DNA from: Prorocentrum cordatum
Lineage: Eukaryota
Reading direction: 5' to 3'
NCBI GenBank assembly: GCA_963575745.1
Contig: CAUYUJ010000205.1
Span: 62,001 to 116,886, forward strand
Length of the DNA: 54,886 bases
This document shows positions 1-15,272 of this stretch, one piece after another; the first letter of the stretch is position 1; every line of letters starts with the position of its first letter. Made by a program: the position numbers and the translations under genes. The notes below the pieces were generated by a model that was given only the letters and a program-made list of their open reading frames with translations, was not told the DNA's origin and ran no database searches.

Positions 1-550
1 GTTGCTGCACTTGGTGTCCTCGCCGCCGACAGCCCCCGTCCCGACAAAACCACGGCTCCCGCTCGAGACTTCCCCCCTTCTTACTCCAGGCGGTGTTCTT
101 CCTCGCCGCCGACAACCGCCGTCACAACAAAACCAGCGTTCCCGCTCGAGACTTGGTTTTGTTTTACGCTGGACTAGCGCCCTACTCTCTTCAGCATTGG
201 CGCCGCTCCCAGCAAGAACAGCGGCCCTGCTCGAGACTTCCGCCCCTTCTATTCAGGGCCAGGTCCTTGCCTCGCCGCCGACCGCCCCCATCCCCACCAA
301 GGCAATCCTGTCGCTCGATACTTGCTTGTGCTTTACCCTTGGCTGGGGCTCCACTGGCGGTCTCGCATCGGCGCAGCAAATCGCGGGCATGCGTTTTCGA
401 GGCGGGATATGTTGAAATCCCTTGGAGGAGGTGTTTGCAAGACCTCCATTGGACGGACCCCGCTATAGAACAATAGTCCCTCATGGTGGTGATGGTTATC
501 ATGATGGTCGCAGGCTTCGTGTGGAAACATCGCGCATGCGGGTAAACTGA

Positions 551-1025
<475 letters not shown>

Positions 1026-1068
1026 AACTCTCATTCTTGAAGAATAATTGTTGTTGATCCCCCCCAGT

Positions 1069-1109
<41 letters not shown>

Positions 1110-1269
1110 AACTCTCATTCTTGAAGAATAATTATTGTTGATCCCCCCCACCGGTGCACATTGATTTTTTTCGATTGAAGTGCCACCCCCGGGGCTCGCA
1201 CCTTGTTTTTTCTCAAGGAAAGTCTTCCTGCTCAAACTGTGCCCCTGCCCCCCGGGCTACAACAACAAG

Positions 1270-1680
1270 GCTCCCGCCTGAGACTTCTTCGATTTTTACT
1301 CAGGACCCCCGCTCCCGCCTGAGACTTCCGCGCAATTTACTCAGGAAAGGCGCTCCCGTCTGAGACTTCCTCGCAATGTAATCAAGACCCCCGCTCCCGC
1401 CTGAGACTTCCGTGCAATTTACGTGGGAACGGCGCTCCCGCCTGAGACTTCTTCGAAATTTACTCAGGACCCCCGCTCCTGCCTGACATTTCCGCGCAAT
1501 TGACTCAGGAACGGCGCTCCCGCCTGAGACTTCCTCGCAATTTAGTGAGGACCCCCGCTCCCGCCTGAGACTTCCGTGCAATTTGCTTAGGAACGGCGCT
1601 CCCGCTTGAGACTTCCTCGCAACTTAGTCAGGGCCCCCGCTTCCGCCTGAGATTTCCTCACAATGTACTCAGGACTGCGC
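1270..1680 (+). repeat. 41-bp tandem minisatellite (CGCTCCCGCCTGAGACTTCC...) of a composite dispersed repeat
   Basis: The core CGCTCC(C/T)G recurs at 1310, 1351, 1392, 1433, 1474, 1515, 1556 and 1597 (period 41). Related units occur at 51260-51545. Confidence 0.92.
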
Positions 1681-2027
1681 TCTCGCGTGCGACGTCCTCA
1701 TAAATTATTCTGGAAATGCGTTTCGGCGCTCAGGAAACACGCACGCGCCAAGGACGCCTTCACAACGTGGTATCTTCCCTCTTCCTTCGTCCTTCCCCCT
1801 CCCCTTCCTCCCACTCTCCCTCGTTCTTCCCCTCCTCCTCTTGCAGGGCCCGCGCCAATTCCAATGGCGGGCAGAGAGATGTACGCCCCCGAAGGATTGT
1901 CCGCCCGTTCCGGTTTGCCCGTGCGTCTAAGCCCGCCGGCCCCAGCAAAGAGAAATAATCCCCCCGAAAGGGGTGTAATCGAAGACGAAGAGGGCGGGCA
2001 TCGAGGGTGTAGGGTATACGTGTTGAA

Positions 2028-2520
<493 letters not shown>

Positions 2521-2555
2521 ATTTTCACATCGGAAGAATAATTGTTGCCCCCTGA

Positions 2556-4720
2556 AGGTCAAACTGTGTCGATGGTCCCCGGTTTACAACAACAGCGTCT
2601 TCTGCCTCATACTTCCTCACATTTACTTGGGGCTTGGGATTCGCTTGGGACTTCCTGGCGAGGTAGCACCGAATTGCGGCTCCCGCCTGATACTTCTTGA
2701 CAATTTATTGCAGACTCGCGTTCTCGTTTGGGACGCCCTCGCAACTTATCACCAAACCGCTGTGGTTGATATCTCTGTATTTCTTCTGCAGATGCCGGCC
2801 CTGGACACTCAGGAAACGCGCTCCGGCTACAGATTGCTGGGCGGTTCAAGCAGGACTCACGTTTCAACGACCCGCCCGCTCGACCCGCCCGTCGGGGCCT
2901 GCCCGCCCGACCAGCTTGTTAGTGACTGCAGTCGCCGCTCGCTGCCCTTCGCCCGCCTTCGATGCCCCTCCCTGCCCGTGCTGGTCCCGCGGTCTTTTTT
3001 GCTCGCTGCCCTTCGTGGCCCCGTTGCTGCCCTCAGTGGCTCCGTCGCTTTCCCTCGTGGCCCCGCCTTCTATGCCCTTCGTGGCCCCCGCTCGCACGCG
3101 CTCGTCGTGGCCCCATCTGCATGCCCTTCGTGGCCCCGCTGTCGCCCTTCGTGCCCCCCTCGCTGCCCTTCGTGGCCCCTTTCCTGCCCTCAGTGGCCCC
3201 GCTGTCGACCTTTGTGGCCCCGTCTAAGCATTCCCTTCGTGACCTCCGCTCGCTCGCGCCCGTCGTGGGGGCTCGCGCCTGGTTCTTTATCAGGGGAAGT
3301 CTTGAGGCTCAAACTGTGTCGTTGGCTCCTGGTTTACAACAACAACGGCTTCCGCCTGAGACCTCCTCACGATTAATTGAAGAATTGCGCTCTCGCTTGG
3401 GACTTTCCGGTGAATAACCATCGAATTGCGGCTCCGGCTTGCAAACTCGCTTGGGACTTCCGCGCAACTAACCACCGAACCGCTTCGCTTGATATTTTTC
3501 TGTACAATTTCTCCAGAAGCCGGTTCTTGACACGCGGGAAGCGGGGTTCCGCTACATATTGCTTGGTGGTTCAAGCAGGACTCACGCTTCAACGACCCGC
3601 CCGCTCGACTCGCTCGTCGGGGCCTGTCGCCCGACCAGCCCGTTAATGACTGCAGTCGCCGCTCGCTGCCCTTCGCCCGCCTTCGATGCCCCTCGCTGCC
3701 CGTGCTGGTTCTGCGGTCGCTTTTGCTCGCTGCCCTTCGTGGCCCCGTTGCTGCCCTCAGTGGCTCTGTCGCTTTCCCTCGTGGCCCCGCACTCTACGCC
3801 CTTCGTGGCCCCCGCTCGCACGCGCCCGTCGTGGCCCCATCTGCATGCCCTTCGTGGCCCCGCTGTCGCCCTTCGTGGCCCCCTCGCTGCCCTTCGTGGC
3901 CCCTTTCCTGCCCTCCGTGGCCCCGCTGTCGACCTTGGTGGCCCCGTATAAGCATTCCCTTCGTGGCCCCCGCTCGCTCGCGCCCGTCGTGGGGGCTCGC
4001 GCCTGGTTCTTTATCAGGGGAAGTCTTGAGGCTCAAACTGTGTCGTTGGCTCCTGGTTTACAACAGCAACGGCTTCCGCCTGAGACCTCCTCACGATTTA
4101 TTATTGAAGAATTGCGCTCTCGCTTGGGACTTTCTGGATAATAACAATCGAATCGCGGCCCCGGCTTGCAAACTCGCTGGGGACTTCCGCGCAACTAACC
4201 GGCGAACCGCTTCGCTTGATATTTTTCTGTGCGATTTATCCAGAAGCCGGTTCTCGACACGCGGGAAGCGGGGTTCCGCTACATATTGCTTGGTGGTTCA
4301 AGCAGGACTCACGCTTCAACGACCCGCCCGCTCGACTCGCTCGTCGGGGCCTGCCCGCCCGACCAGCCCGTTAATGACTGCAGTCGCCGCTCGCTGCCCT
4401 TCGCCCGCCTTCGATGCCCCTCGCTGCACGTGCTGGTTCCGCGGTTGCCTGCGCTCGCTGCCCTTCGTGGCCCCGTTGCTGCCCTCAGTGGCTCCGTCGC
4501 TTTCCCTCGTGGCCCCGCCTTCTATGCCCTTCGTGGCCTCCGCTCGCACGCGCTCGTCGTGGCCCCATCTGCCTGCCCTTCGTGGCCCCACTGTCGCCCT
4601 TCGTGGCCCCCTCGCTGCCCTTCGTGGCCCCTTTCCTGCCCTCAATGGTCCCGCTGTCGACCTTTGTGGCGCCGTATAAGAATACTCTTCGTGACCTCCG
4701 CTCGCTCGCGCTCGTCGTAG
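2556..4720 (+). repeat. Three tandem ~724-bp units containing ~21-bp GCCCTTCGTGGCCCC subrepeats
   Basis: The unit start (G/C)TCAAACTGTGTCG..GG..CC.GGTTTACAAC occurs near 2558, 3307 and 4032, and the internal sequence is collinear between units. Confidence 0.92.
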
Positions 4721-5269
4721 CCCCATCTGCATGCCCTTCGTGGCCACGCTGTCGCCCTTCGTGGCCCCTCGCTGCCCGTCGTGGCCCCGGTGCTGCCCTC
4801 AGCGGCCCCGTCGCTGCCCTCCTTGTGGCCTCAGATTTCATGCCCTGCGTGGCCCACGCTGGCTTTTCTCAAGATTTACAGGCGAATCGCGCTATCGTTG
4901 GAGACGTTCTTGCGATTCATGCAGGATCCACGCTTCAGCAACCCGCCTGCTTGACCTCGTCGCCTGGGCCGGCCTTCCCGATCTGCCCGCTATGTGTCTG
5001 CCCGCCCGATCTGCCCGTCTGGTTCTACCACTTGTTTTCTGCTCCTTGCCCCCCTCCTGCTAATTTCTCTCGTGCTCCAGTCTTTTCCCTCCCCCTTCCA
5101 CTCGTCCTCTCTTCCCTTGCTTTAGGGGCTGCGCTAAATACACGTGGCAGGTAAGGAAGATATACCCTCAAGGGGGTACGATTGAAGACGGCGAGGAGCG
5201 GTACTGAGGGTTTGGGATGTACGTATTCCTTCGCGCGTAAGCAGATACGTGCGAATAGTTTAAAAATGA

Positions 5270-6403
<1,134 letters not shown>

Positions 6404-6423
6404 CACTTTACCCGAACGCTCAG

Positions 6424-7301
6424 TGTTCTCACCAGTGCCAGGGTTTTCATGCGACGCCAGCCAATACCCCCACTTTGTGGGGGGGCAGTGCAAGCTCTAC
6501 CAAATATCCACACGACTCTTCGCCACCACCCACACCCAGCTTCCCGCCCTATGACGTTCGGACACTTCACTTCGTGGCCTGCGGACGACCGTGGCTACTA
6601 CACTGGCGTGGAGTACACACCCACAGAAGTTGTTAGGACAGCGCGCGCGGGTAGAAATTTTGAAAAGTCGTGCAGGTGTTTTTCGAGGACCTACGGTGCG
6701 ATTCGTGTGATTTTATGATGCGCGGTGCTAAAATTCTTAAGAAGCCCAATGGTTTTTGGAGATTTCGGCGTGCGCGCGCGAAGAAAAAACGAATGTGTCC
6801 CGCATGGTATTATTTGACAGGGATGATGGCCCTGGCAGGTGCGCAACCGTTGTCGCAGAAGTTCGAAAAAGTTGCTCGCAAAAGCCCGTTTGACAGAAAT
6901 GTTTAAAAAGTGTTGGGTTTCCTACGAATCCGCAAGAGCGCGCGGGATGAGATTTTGACAATTTTTTGTTGAAAAACCATTGGTTTTTTGATGTTTTTAT
7001 GTTAAAATCGCTGCGAACACTAAGGTTTTGGAAGGATTTCGTCTTGCGCGCGCGAATGTCCACTTTACCTTATTTTTTGCAAGGGATTCTTGAAATTTGA
7101 TTATATTAGAACAAGAAATGTCATTTTATAGTTTTTTTGCAAGGGAAAACGGATTACAACAAAACAACCGGATCTGGATCACATCGTTTTACCTGAGGCT
7201 TCCTCACGAAAATGATGAAAATGTAGCTGCGGCCTAGGCGGCGCAGGGGGGGCGCGCACCAGGGGGCCCAACAATAATTATTCTTTAGAATAAAAATGTT
7301 C

Positions 7302-7388
<87 letters not shown>

Positions 7389-7792
7389 TACTAGCACGTG
7401 GGGACACTCCGTTCTCACCAGTGCCAGGGTTTTCATAGGAGGCGGGCAATACCCCCACTTTGTGGGGGGGCCGGTTCAAGCTCTACCAAATTTCCAAACG
7501 ACTCTTCGCCACCACCCACACCCAGCTTCCCGCCCTATGACGTTCGGACACTTCACTTCGTGGCATGCGGACGACCGTGGCTACTATTCAGGGCCCCGCG
7601 GCCGACGACGACGGCGTGCGCGCGCGAAGAAAAAACGAATGTGTCCCGCATGGTATTATTTGACAGGGATGATGGCCCTGGCAGGTGCGCAACCGTTGTT
7701 GCAGAAGTTCGAAAAAGTTGCTCGCAAAAGCCCGTTTGACAGAAATGTTTAAAAAGTGTTGGGTTTCCTACGAATCCGCAAGAGCGCGCGGG
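6424..7792 (+). repeat. Local duplication: 6424-6600 ~ 7410-7587 and 6767-6946 ~ 7613-7792
   Basis: Near-identical blocks GTTCTCACCAGTGCCAGGGTTTTCAT...GACCGTGGCTACTA and GGCGTGCGCGCGCGAAGAAAAAACG...GCAAGAGCGCGCGGG. Confidence 0.92.
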
Positions 7793-8270
<478 letters not shown>

Positions 8271-8924
8271 GGCTCCCACTAAAGACTCTCTCAAAAAGTA
8301 ATGAAGTATTGCGCTTTCCCGTGGATCGTGCTCTCACGTGGGACTTCCTCGTAATTCGTTCAGACGCCGCGCCTTCGACACTCAGGAATCACGCTCTCGC
8401 TGCGGATTTCCTCAGGATTTATTTGGGAACCGCACTGTCGCCCGAGATCTTCTCGCGATTCATGCAGGGTCCGCGCTTCAGCAGCCCGCCTGCTCGACCT
8501 GGTCGCCTGGGCCCGCCTGCCCGACCCGCCCGCTAGGGTCTACCCGCCCGATCTGCCCGTCTGGTTCTGCCATGTGTTTTCTGCTCCGAGCCCCCCTCCT
8601 GCTAATTTCTCGCGTGCTCAATCCTCCTCCCCTTGTTCTTTCCTTCCGCCCGTCCCCTCCTCCCCTGTGTGACTCTGGGGTGCTCTGGGTGGGGCTGTGC
8701 GTGAATTGTTTGTTGTCCCTGACTCCTGCAGGCTTCCTTGCCCTCAGGACTCGCCGCTCCGGGTTCTATCACTACGGAGCCGAGTGCTCCCCATTCGTCC
8801 ACTGCGGCGGTCTCGTGAGCCCCGTCGCTGTGCAGCACTCCGAGGCCCAGAATTGGCACAGGTCTGGCCAGGGGCTCTAGCACCAGCGGCGCAACGTCAC
8901 CAGACGGCACGGCTACGACACCCA

Positions 8925-11580
8925 GCAACTCCCGCGCCGACCAGGTCGCTGCCTCCCGCATCGACTAGCTTGGCGGCTCTCGCATCGACCATCTCACCGT
9001 CTCCCGCGCCAACCAGCTCGCCGACTCCCGCGCCGACCTGCTCACCGACTCTCGCGTCGACCAGCTCACCGACTCCCAGCCCGTCCAGCTCACCAACTCC
9101 CGCGCCGACCATCTCGCCAACTCCCGCGCTGACCAGCTCACCGACTCGCATCAGCCAGCGCATCGACTGCCACACCGACCAGTTCACCGACTCCCGCGCC
9201 GACTAGCTCGTCGACCCCCGGGCCGACCAGCTTGCCGTCGCACCGACCAGGGCGCTGACTCCCGCATCGGCCAGCTTGGCGGCTCCCGCGCCGACCAGCT
9301 CACTGACTCCCGCGTCGACCAGCTCGCCGACCCCCGCGCCGACCATCACACCACCACAGCAACGGGATTCGTGACATTTTGGTTGCGCCTTGCAGGGTGT
9401 TGTGATGTATTTTCTCCGAGCCATTGTCGAGGACTCCCGCGCCGACAAGCTCATGGACTCCCACGCCGACCTGCTTGGCGGCTCCCGCGCCAGCCCAGTC
9501 ACCGACTCCCGCGCAGACCCGTTCACCGACTCCCGCGCCGACCAGCGCGTCGACTGCCGAGCTGATCTGCTTGCTCGCCGTCGCACCGACCAGGTCGCTG
9601 ACCCCCACATCGATCAGCTTGGCGGCTCCCGCACCGCCCAGCTCACTGACTCTCGCGCCGACAAGCTCGCCGACTCCCGCACCGACCATCACACCACCAC
9701 AGCAACGAAATTCGTGACATTTTCGTTGCGTCTTGTATGGTGTTGTAATTTGATTTCTCCGTGCCCGTGCCGAGGACTTCCGCACCGATCAGCTCACCGA
9801 CTCCCGCACCGACCCGCTTGAGGATGACGCTCGTCCCGCCGCCACTGTCTCCGACGACTACTATTATCTTTTTTTCCGTCTTCCTCCCCGTTGCCAACAT
9901 TCCTATGGGTCTTACTTCTTACTCGTTTGGACTGCAGTGGTGGCCTCTCCTTCGACTTACAGCTCCCTGCCCTCGACCCCGCATCTGGCAACTCTTCATC
10001 CTGGGTCAGCACTGCCCCGTCGTCTACGTTGACCGAAACGGCAAGACCTTCGACGAATTTGGGATGTCAGCCTGGTCTCCTGATCGTCTGCCCTGGCTTG
10101 CTGTGGACCCGTGACGCAATGTGCGGGGCGGCTACGACAGCGAAGAATGATCACGACAACGAGGACGACAGCGCTCAGAACGACATGTTCGGCGTCGGTC
10201 ACAACCGCGAGCACAATCATGGTCGCGAACACGTGCACGATCGACGGAACGGTCCCGATCACGACGGCGGCCGCGATCACGACGACGACGACGACTGCGG
10301 CGCCGACCACGAAGGCGATTTTGGGTGTGCCAGCCTATCCATATTTTATTATGTGCTGTGCTGTCCTTCCCGATGGGGCCTGGCACCAGGGCCGACCTCC
10401 CCGCCGACGCCGAGCCCGAGTTCGACTTCCAGTGGCTTGCACTGTCTTTCGGTGCGGCGGCTGCGCCGACTCCTGGCTCATCGAATGGGCCGGCAGCGTG
10501 ACGGGGAGCAGCTACACGACCCCGTCAGCCGTTCACACAGAGTTTCTCCACAGCATTGCTGGGACTACGGTCCCGGCCCCGACGCCATACGGACGGCAAA
10601 CGCTACGACGACGGCGACAGCGGTGACCTCGACACAACCGGGAGGGGGGATTCCGTGACATCCACATGCAACCCCCAATGCGGTTACCAACATTTTCTCC
10701 ACAGAGCTTCGGATGCCAGCCGCATGACACCGACAAAGCTCGCCCAGCTCACCCACTCCCTGGCCGACCAGCTCGCTGACACCCGCACCGACTAGCTCGC
10801 CGACCCTCGCACCGACCAGCTCACCGATTCCACACCGACCAGCTTGGCAGCTCCCGCACCGACCAGCTCACCGACTCTCGTGCCGACCAGCTCGCCGATT
10901 CACGCGACGACCAGCTCACTGGCTCCCTGCCAATTCAGTTCACCGGCTTCCGCGCTGACCAGTTCGCCGATCCCGCGTGGACCAGCTCACCGACTCCCGC
11001 ACCGACCAGAGCACCGACTCCCGCAGCGACCAGCTCGCCGACTCCCACACCGACCAGCTTGCCGACTCCCTGGCCGACCAGCTCGCTGACACCCGCACCG
11101 ACCAGCTCACGGACTCCCGCACCGACGAGCTCACCGATTCCCACACCGACCAGCTTGGCGGCTCCCGCGCCGACCAGCTCACCGACTCCCGTGCCGACCA
11201 GCTCGCCGACTCCCGCGTCGACCGACTCACAGGTTCCCGGCCCGTTCAGCTCACCGACTCCTGCGCCGACCAGCTCGCCGACTCCTGCGCCGAGCAGCTC
11301 ACCGACTCCCGCTCCGACCAGCTCACCGGTTCCCGCATCCACCAGCTCGCTGACTCCCCAGCTGACCAGCTCGCCGACTCCCGCGCAAACCAGGTCGCTG
11401 ACTCCCGCATCGACCAGCTTGGCGGCACCCGCTCCGATCAGCTGGCCGACTCTCCCGACGACCAGTCGCCGACTCCCGCGCCGACCAGCTCGTCGACTCC
11501 AAGCCTGTCCAGCTTACCGACTCCAGCATCGACTAGCTCACCGACTCCCGCGCCGACCAGCTCGCAGACTACCGTGCCGA
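8925..11580 (+). pseudogene. 24-bp tandem arrays (CCGACTCCCGCGCCGACCAGCTCA) encoding PTPAPTSS mucin-like repeats; probable decayed cell-surface protein gene
   Basis: Arrays at ~8925-9820 and ~10730-11580 translate as (PTPAPTSS)n with frameshifts. Thr-rich and Cys-containing segments lie between and after them. Confidence 0.5.
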
Positions 11581-12367
11581 CCTTGCCTCCGCCCAGTACC
11601 GTATCTCCACTGCCGCCTACGGTGCTGGAGAATGCAGGAGATGTCCATGATGTCGGGTGGAACCATGCTGGTCAGGGCCAAGATGATGGAGCACACCACG
11701 TTGGCAGGGTTCTGGACGCCACCCCCGTTACCATATTTCTTACGCTTTCGATGTTGCTGCAGATATTTCAGGACATGTCCACGAGGCTGTGTCTTACCAC
11801 TCCGGCGAAGCGCTGGATGCTCCCACATGCAGGCGATCCAGTGGAGTGTTCTGTCGGGATCACTGTTTCCATGCCTCATCACACACAGTGGACGCACCAA
11901 CTCGGTGACATCGTAGACTCCGTGACGGAACGCACCCCGTCCCTGCATTTCATCATTGCGGTACCACGTTGTCCACCCCGACAGTTTCTAGCACAACGTT
12001 GGGGCCCAGCATTTTGGAGTCGTCCGCTACCACGGTGTCACCGCGTCGGCCTGGAGCACCACTTGGCCATCTAACGTTACGTGTTTGCGAACGAAGTCGA
12101 TGTTCACCGTGACGAAGTCAAGCACCACGCGTCGCTACCCTGTACCGTGGAACAGGACCGAATAATCCTCAGCGGCCTCACCCATGTCATCACTGACGGC
12201 CTCACCCACACGGGCATCGACAGCAGCATCAAGGGCAGCGCCCGCGGCGACTCCTACAGCGGTGCTGGCTTTGGCCCCCACGGCATGTCCAATGGAAGCA
12301 GTGGCTCAGGCGCCCGCGCACAGGGTGCATTAAGGCGTTTTTTCCCCCCTCTCACCTGTACAGACTG

Positions 12368-14670
12368 ATGGCTGGGCGCTGCGCCGTGTGCCTCGCCGCT
12401 GGTGTGGACGCTCCCGCCCTGCCAGTGGCCGCTCACTGTGCATTACATGCCGGGGCTGCCGCGCAGATGGGCAGGACAGAGCTGCGATTGGCGCGCGCGC
12501 TGGACGCTGCCGCGGCCCCGCGGGTTGCCATGCCATGGCCAGCTGTCGTGCCGGCCGCCCTGGTGAACGGCGACCCTGCTGAAGGCTCCGCCGTCCCTGA
12601 CATGGATGACGACCTCTCGTCAACCCCGCCACCGGAACTCGCCCCCTCTCTGGAGCTTGCCCTCTCTGGCCCGATGTTCCACGACCGGCTCGAACAGGAG
12701 GTCCTCCGCCACTTCGATCTCGTCCAGGCCGCGATGCAGAGCAGGACGGATGGGGCCAGCAGTTCCGTGGAGCACCCCCGAAGAATTGGAGCACGCTGCA
12801 GGGCATCCTCCACAAGTTGGGCTTCGCGTCGGACGCCTCCGACCCCTGGCAGCGGCTGGGCTACGCCGCGCTGGAGGGCCCCGCGCCCACGGCCCCGGCT
12901 CTGGCCGCCCGGGAGCGCACGGCTGTACAATTGTGCGCTCTTGGCAGCAAGGCCGACTGGCTGCCCGCTGATCGGCAGGCGGCGGAAACCGCTCTCAGCA
13001 GCTTCCGTCTTTCCGCCGCTGCCTGCTTCCCTCTTTGGAAGGATCTCGGCACGGAGGCCCTCGCCCTCCTCCGTGACCAGACAGGGCAGGACGTGTGGTT
13101 TTCTCACGCAGTGGTCTTCGCTGCTTGGCCCTGCCCAGGCCGGCGGGCGTCATCAGGAACACACTCGCGCGCTGGCGATGATGCTGGAGAAGGGGATCGA
13201 GAGTGCCTGGCAGGCCTTGGACGGGCAGCACGTGGTCGCCTGGATCCCTGAGGACGAGCAGTGCTTCCCTTCCCCTTCCTTCTCCTCTTCGTCGTCTTCC
13301 TCCTCTTCCCCCCTTCCTCCTCTCCCCCCTCCTCCCTCCTCCCCCGATTGCCCGAGCCCGGGGCCACTGCAAGTTTTTGGCCTCTTCACTGCACTGCTGT
13401 TGGCTGCTTCGTCGCGTGCGTCCGGGGGAAAAAATGCGACCTCAAGCTGCAGGGCGGCGCTGCTTCGCCGAGTCAGCGCGGGCGCACGGCCGGCCTCCCT
13501 TCGCTTGCTCGCGCCGCCCCCTCTTTTCAGCGGTGCGCACGACGTGCAGCACATACTCGACACTTGGTGGTCACCGCTGCTGGGTGAGAAGTGGGCCCCC
13601 CTCGTCCGAGGCATCGGCTTCTCTGACGAGCCGCTGGACATGGTGCTGCGTGGACCTACCACGCCGCGGCACGTGCGCATGGGCTGGCTGTCTTCACGAT
13701 TGCTTTCGCCGGCGCACGCGACCCGCCGAAGATGCTGCAACGCAGAGCCCCTCTGTTGCAGGTGCCCGTGGTTACGCCGATGTCTTTCGACATGAGGGCG
13801 GAGGACGTGATGAGTTTCGCAGCCCTCATGCAGGATCCCGTCCTGCAGGGAGCCACCTGGCGCAACCCCCGTCGCAGCCCCGCGCGCACCGTGGAGATGC
13901 CGAGATTCGTGATTGACGTCCTCGTCCCCCCGACCCTCGGCGAGTTTGATCTGACCTTGATCGGCCAGGCACTCCAGCCACGCCTCCCCTCCACAACATT
14001 CTTCGGCTCGCAGGCCTTGTGCACAGCTCCTGACGCTCTCATTCTGGACATGAACAACACGCGAGGGCTCCACCACTTTTGGCCGCTCTGTGGCCAACTC
14101 CTCGTGCTGAGCCAGTCGCGAGCCCTCCTCCTCACGGAGGCGAGCAAGGACACGTGGGTCGACACCGTGGACTGCGTGCTGCGCGCGGACCCGACCACGG
14201 CGGCGACTACGCTGCGCTGGAAGCCGTCCCGCGGGGGCCGCCCCGAGGCCACCCCTTCCGCGACGCAGTCGGCGCTCGCCGCCACCCGCCGGAAGGCTCA
14301 CCGGACCCCGGCCGCCGTCGATCACCTGACGGAGGTCGCCGTTCGGTGTGAATTGGGGCGAGAGGACGCGGAGGTCATGAGGTTGCTGCTCACGCACGCA
14401 GCCTCAGCGACCGGACTGGCGATCCAGGAGAATTCCAGGGGGGCGCACTGAATCGCAACGAGTGCGAGCACATTCCCGCCGAGTTGCACGGAGGACTTGG
14501 TGGCCGCGTGCGGATACTATTTCAGGATGCGCAGGCGGTGGCCCGCCTACACGCGGCCCTTCATGGACAGTTCATCCAGGTGGGGCACCCCCAAGGTGAG
14601 CGTGTAGGTGAGGAATGAGAGATTCGACTTGGACACTGGGGCGGGAAACGGGGCTCGGAGGCGGGCTTAG
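12368..14670 (+). pseudogene. LINE ORF1 remnant (frameshifted)
   Basis: ATG 61 nt inside the element; coding-like segments across several frames up to TAG at 14668-14670. The C-terminal GRVRILFQDAQAVARLHAALHGQFIQVG resembles an RRM-like fold (inference). Confidence 0.6.
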
Positions 14671-15272
14671 TGCCTCCCCGCCTCCGTGATCTGTGGCACG
14701 TGGCCGGCGGCCCAGCGCCGTTGGGAATTCAAGTTCTGGATTGCATGGGCGAGGTAGGCATCATCGTTGTTATCGTCATGCGGCTCCACCTGCCTGAGGA
14801 CAGGCCGACCCGCGGTGGCCGTGATCACGAGCTCTGCTTTCCTGGCCAGATTTTGCGGCATTCGAAATCGACGCAAAGAACTTCTTCATCATGTTCTTCA
14901 TCTTCTTTCTCTACTGGGTTGCAGCGCCCGGCAGCGGTTACATTACCTGTTCGGCATCATTCGGCAACGCCTTCTGCATCTACTCCTTCAGCATCTTCTG
15001 CTCCCTCCTCTTCGATATCTGGTTCTCTGTTTCCTCAGGCAGCTGATTTGGAAGATCGCCTTCGTCCGCGGATCGGCCCGTTCGTTTTCCCGGAGGGCAC
15101 GGTCACCCCGTGCCGCCACAGCCAGTATGCAGATGTTCCGGCGTGCGTGTATCAGCAGCGGCGTCTCCGTCGAGCGCTCGGGGTCGACCCTTCCGTGGAG
15201 CTCCCACGCGGCCGACTTTCACGGCCACCGCCGACGTCCTCATCGTCGGATCGTCGGACTGGACAGTTCCGG

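Noticed and set aside
1270..1680. CRISPR-like regularly spaced repeats
   Set aside because: The intervening sequences are similar to each other (a tandem minisatellite), there are no unique spacers or cas genes, and the context is eukaryotic.
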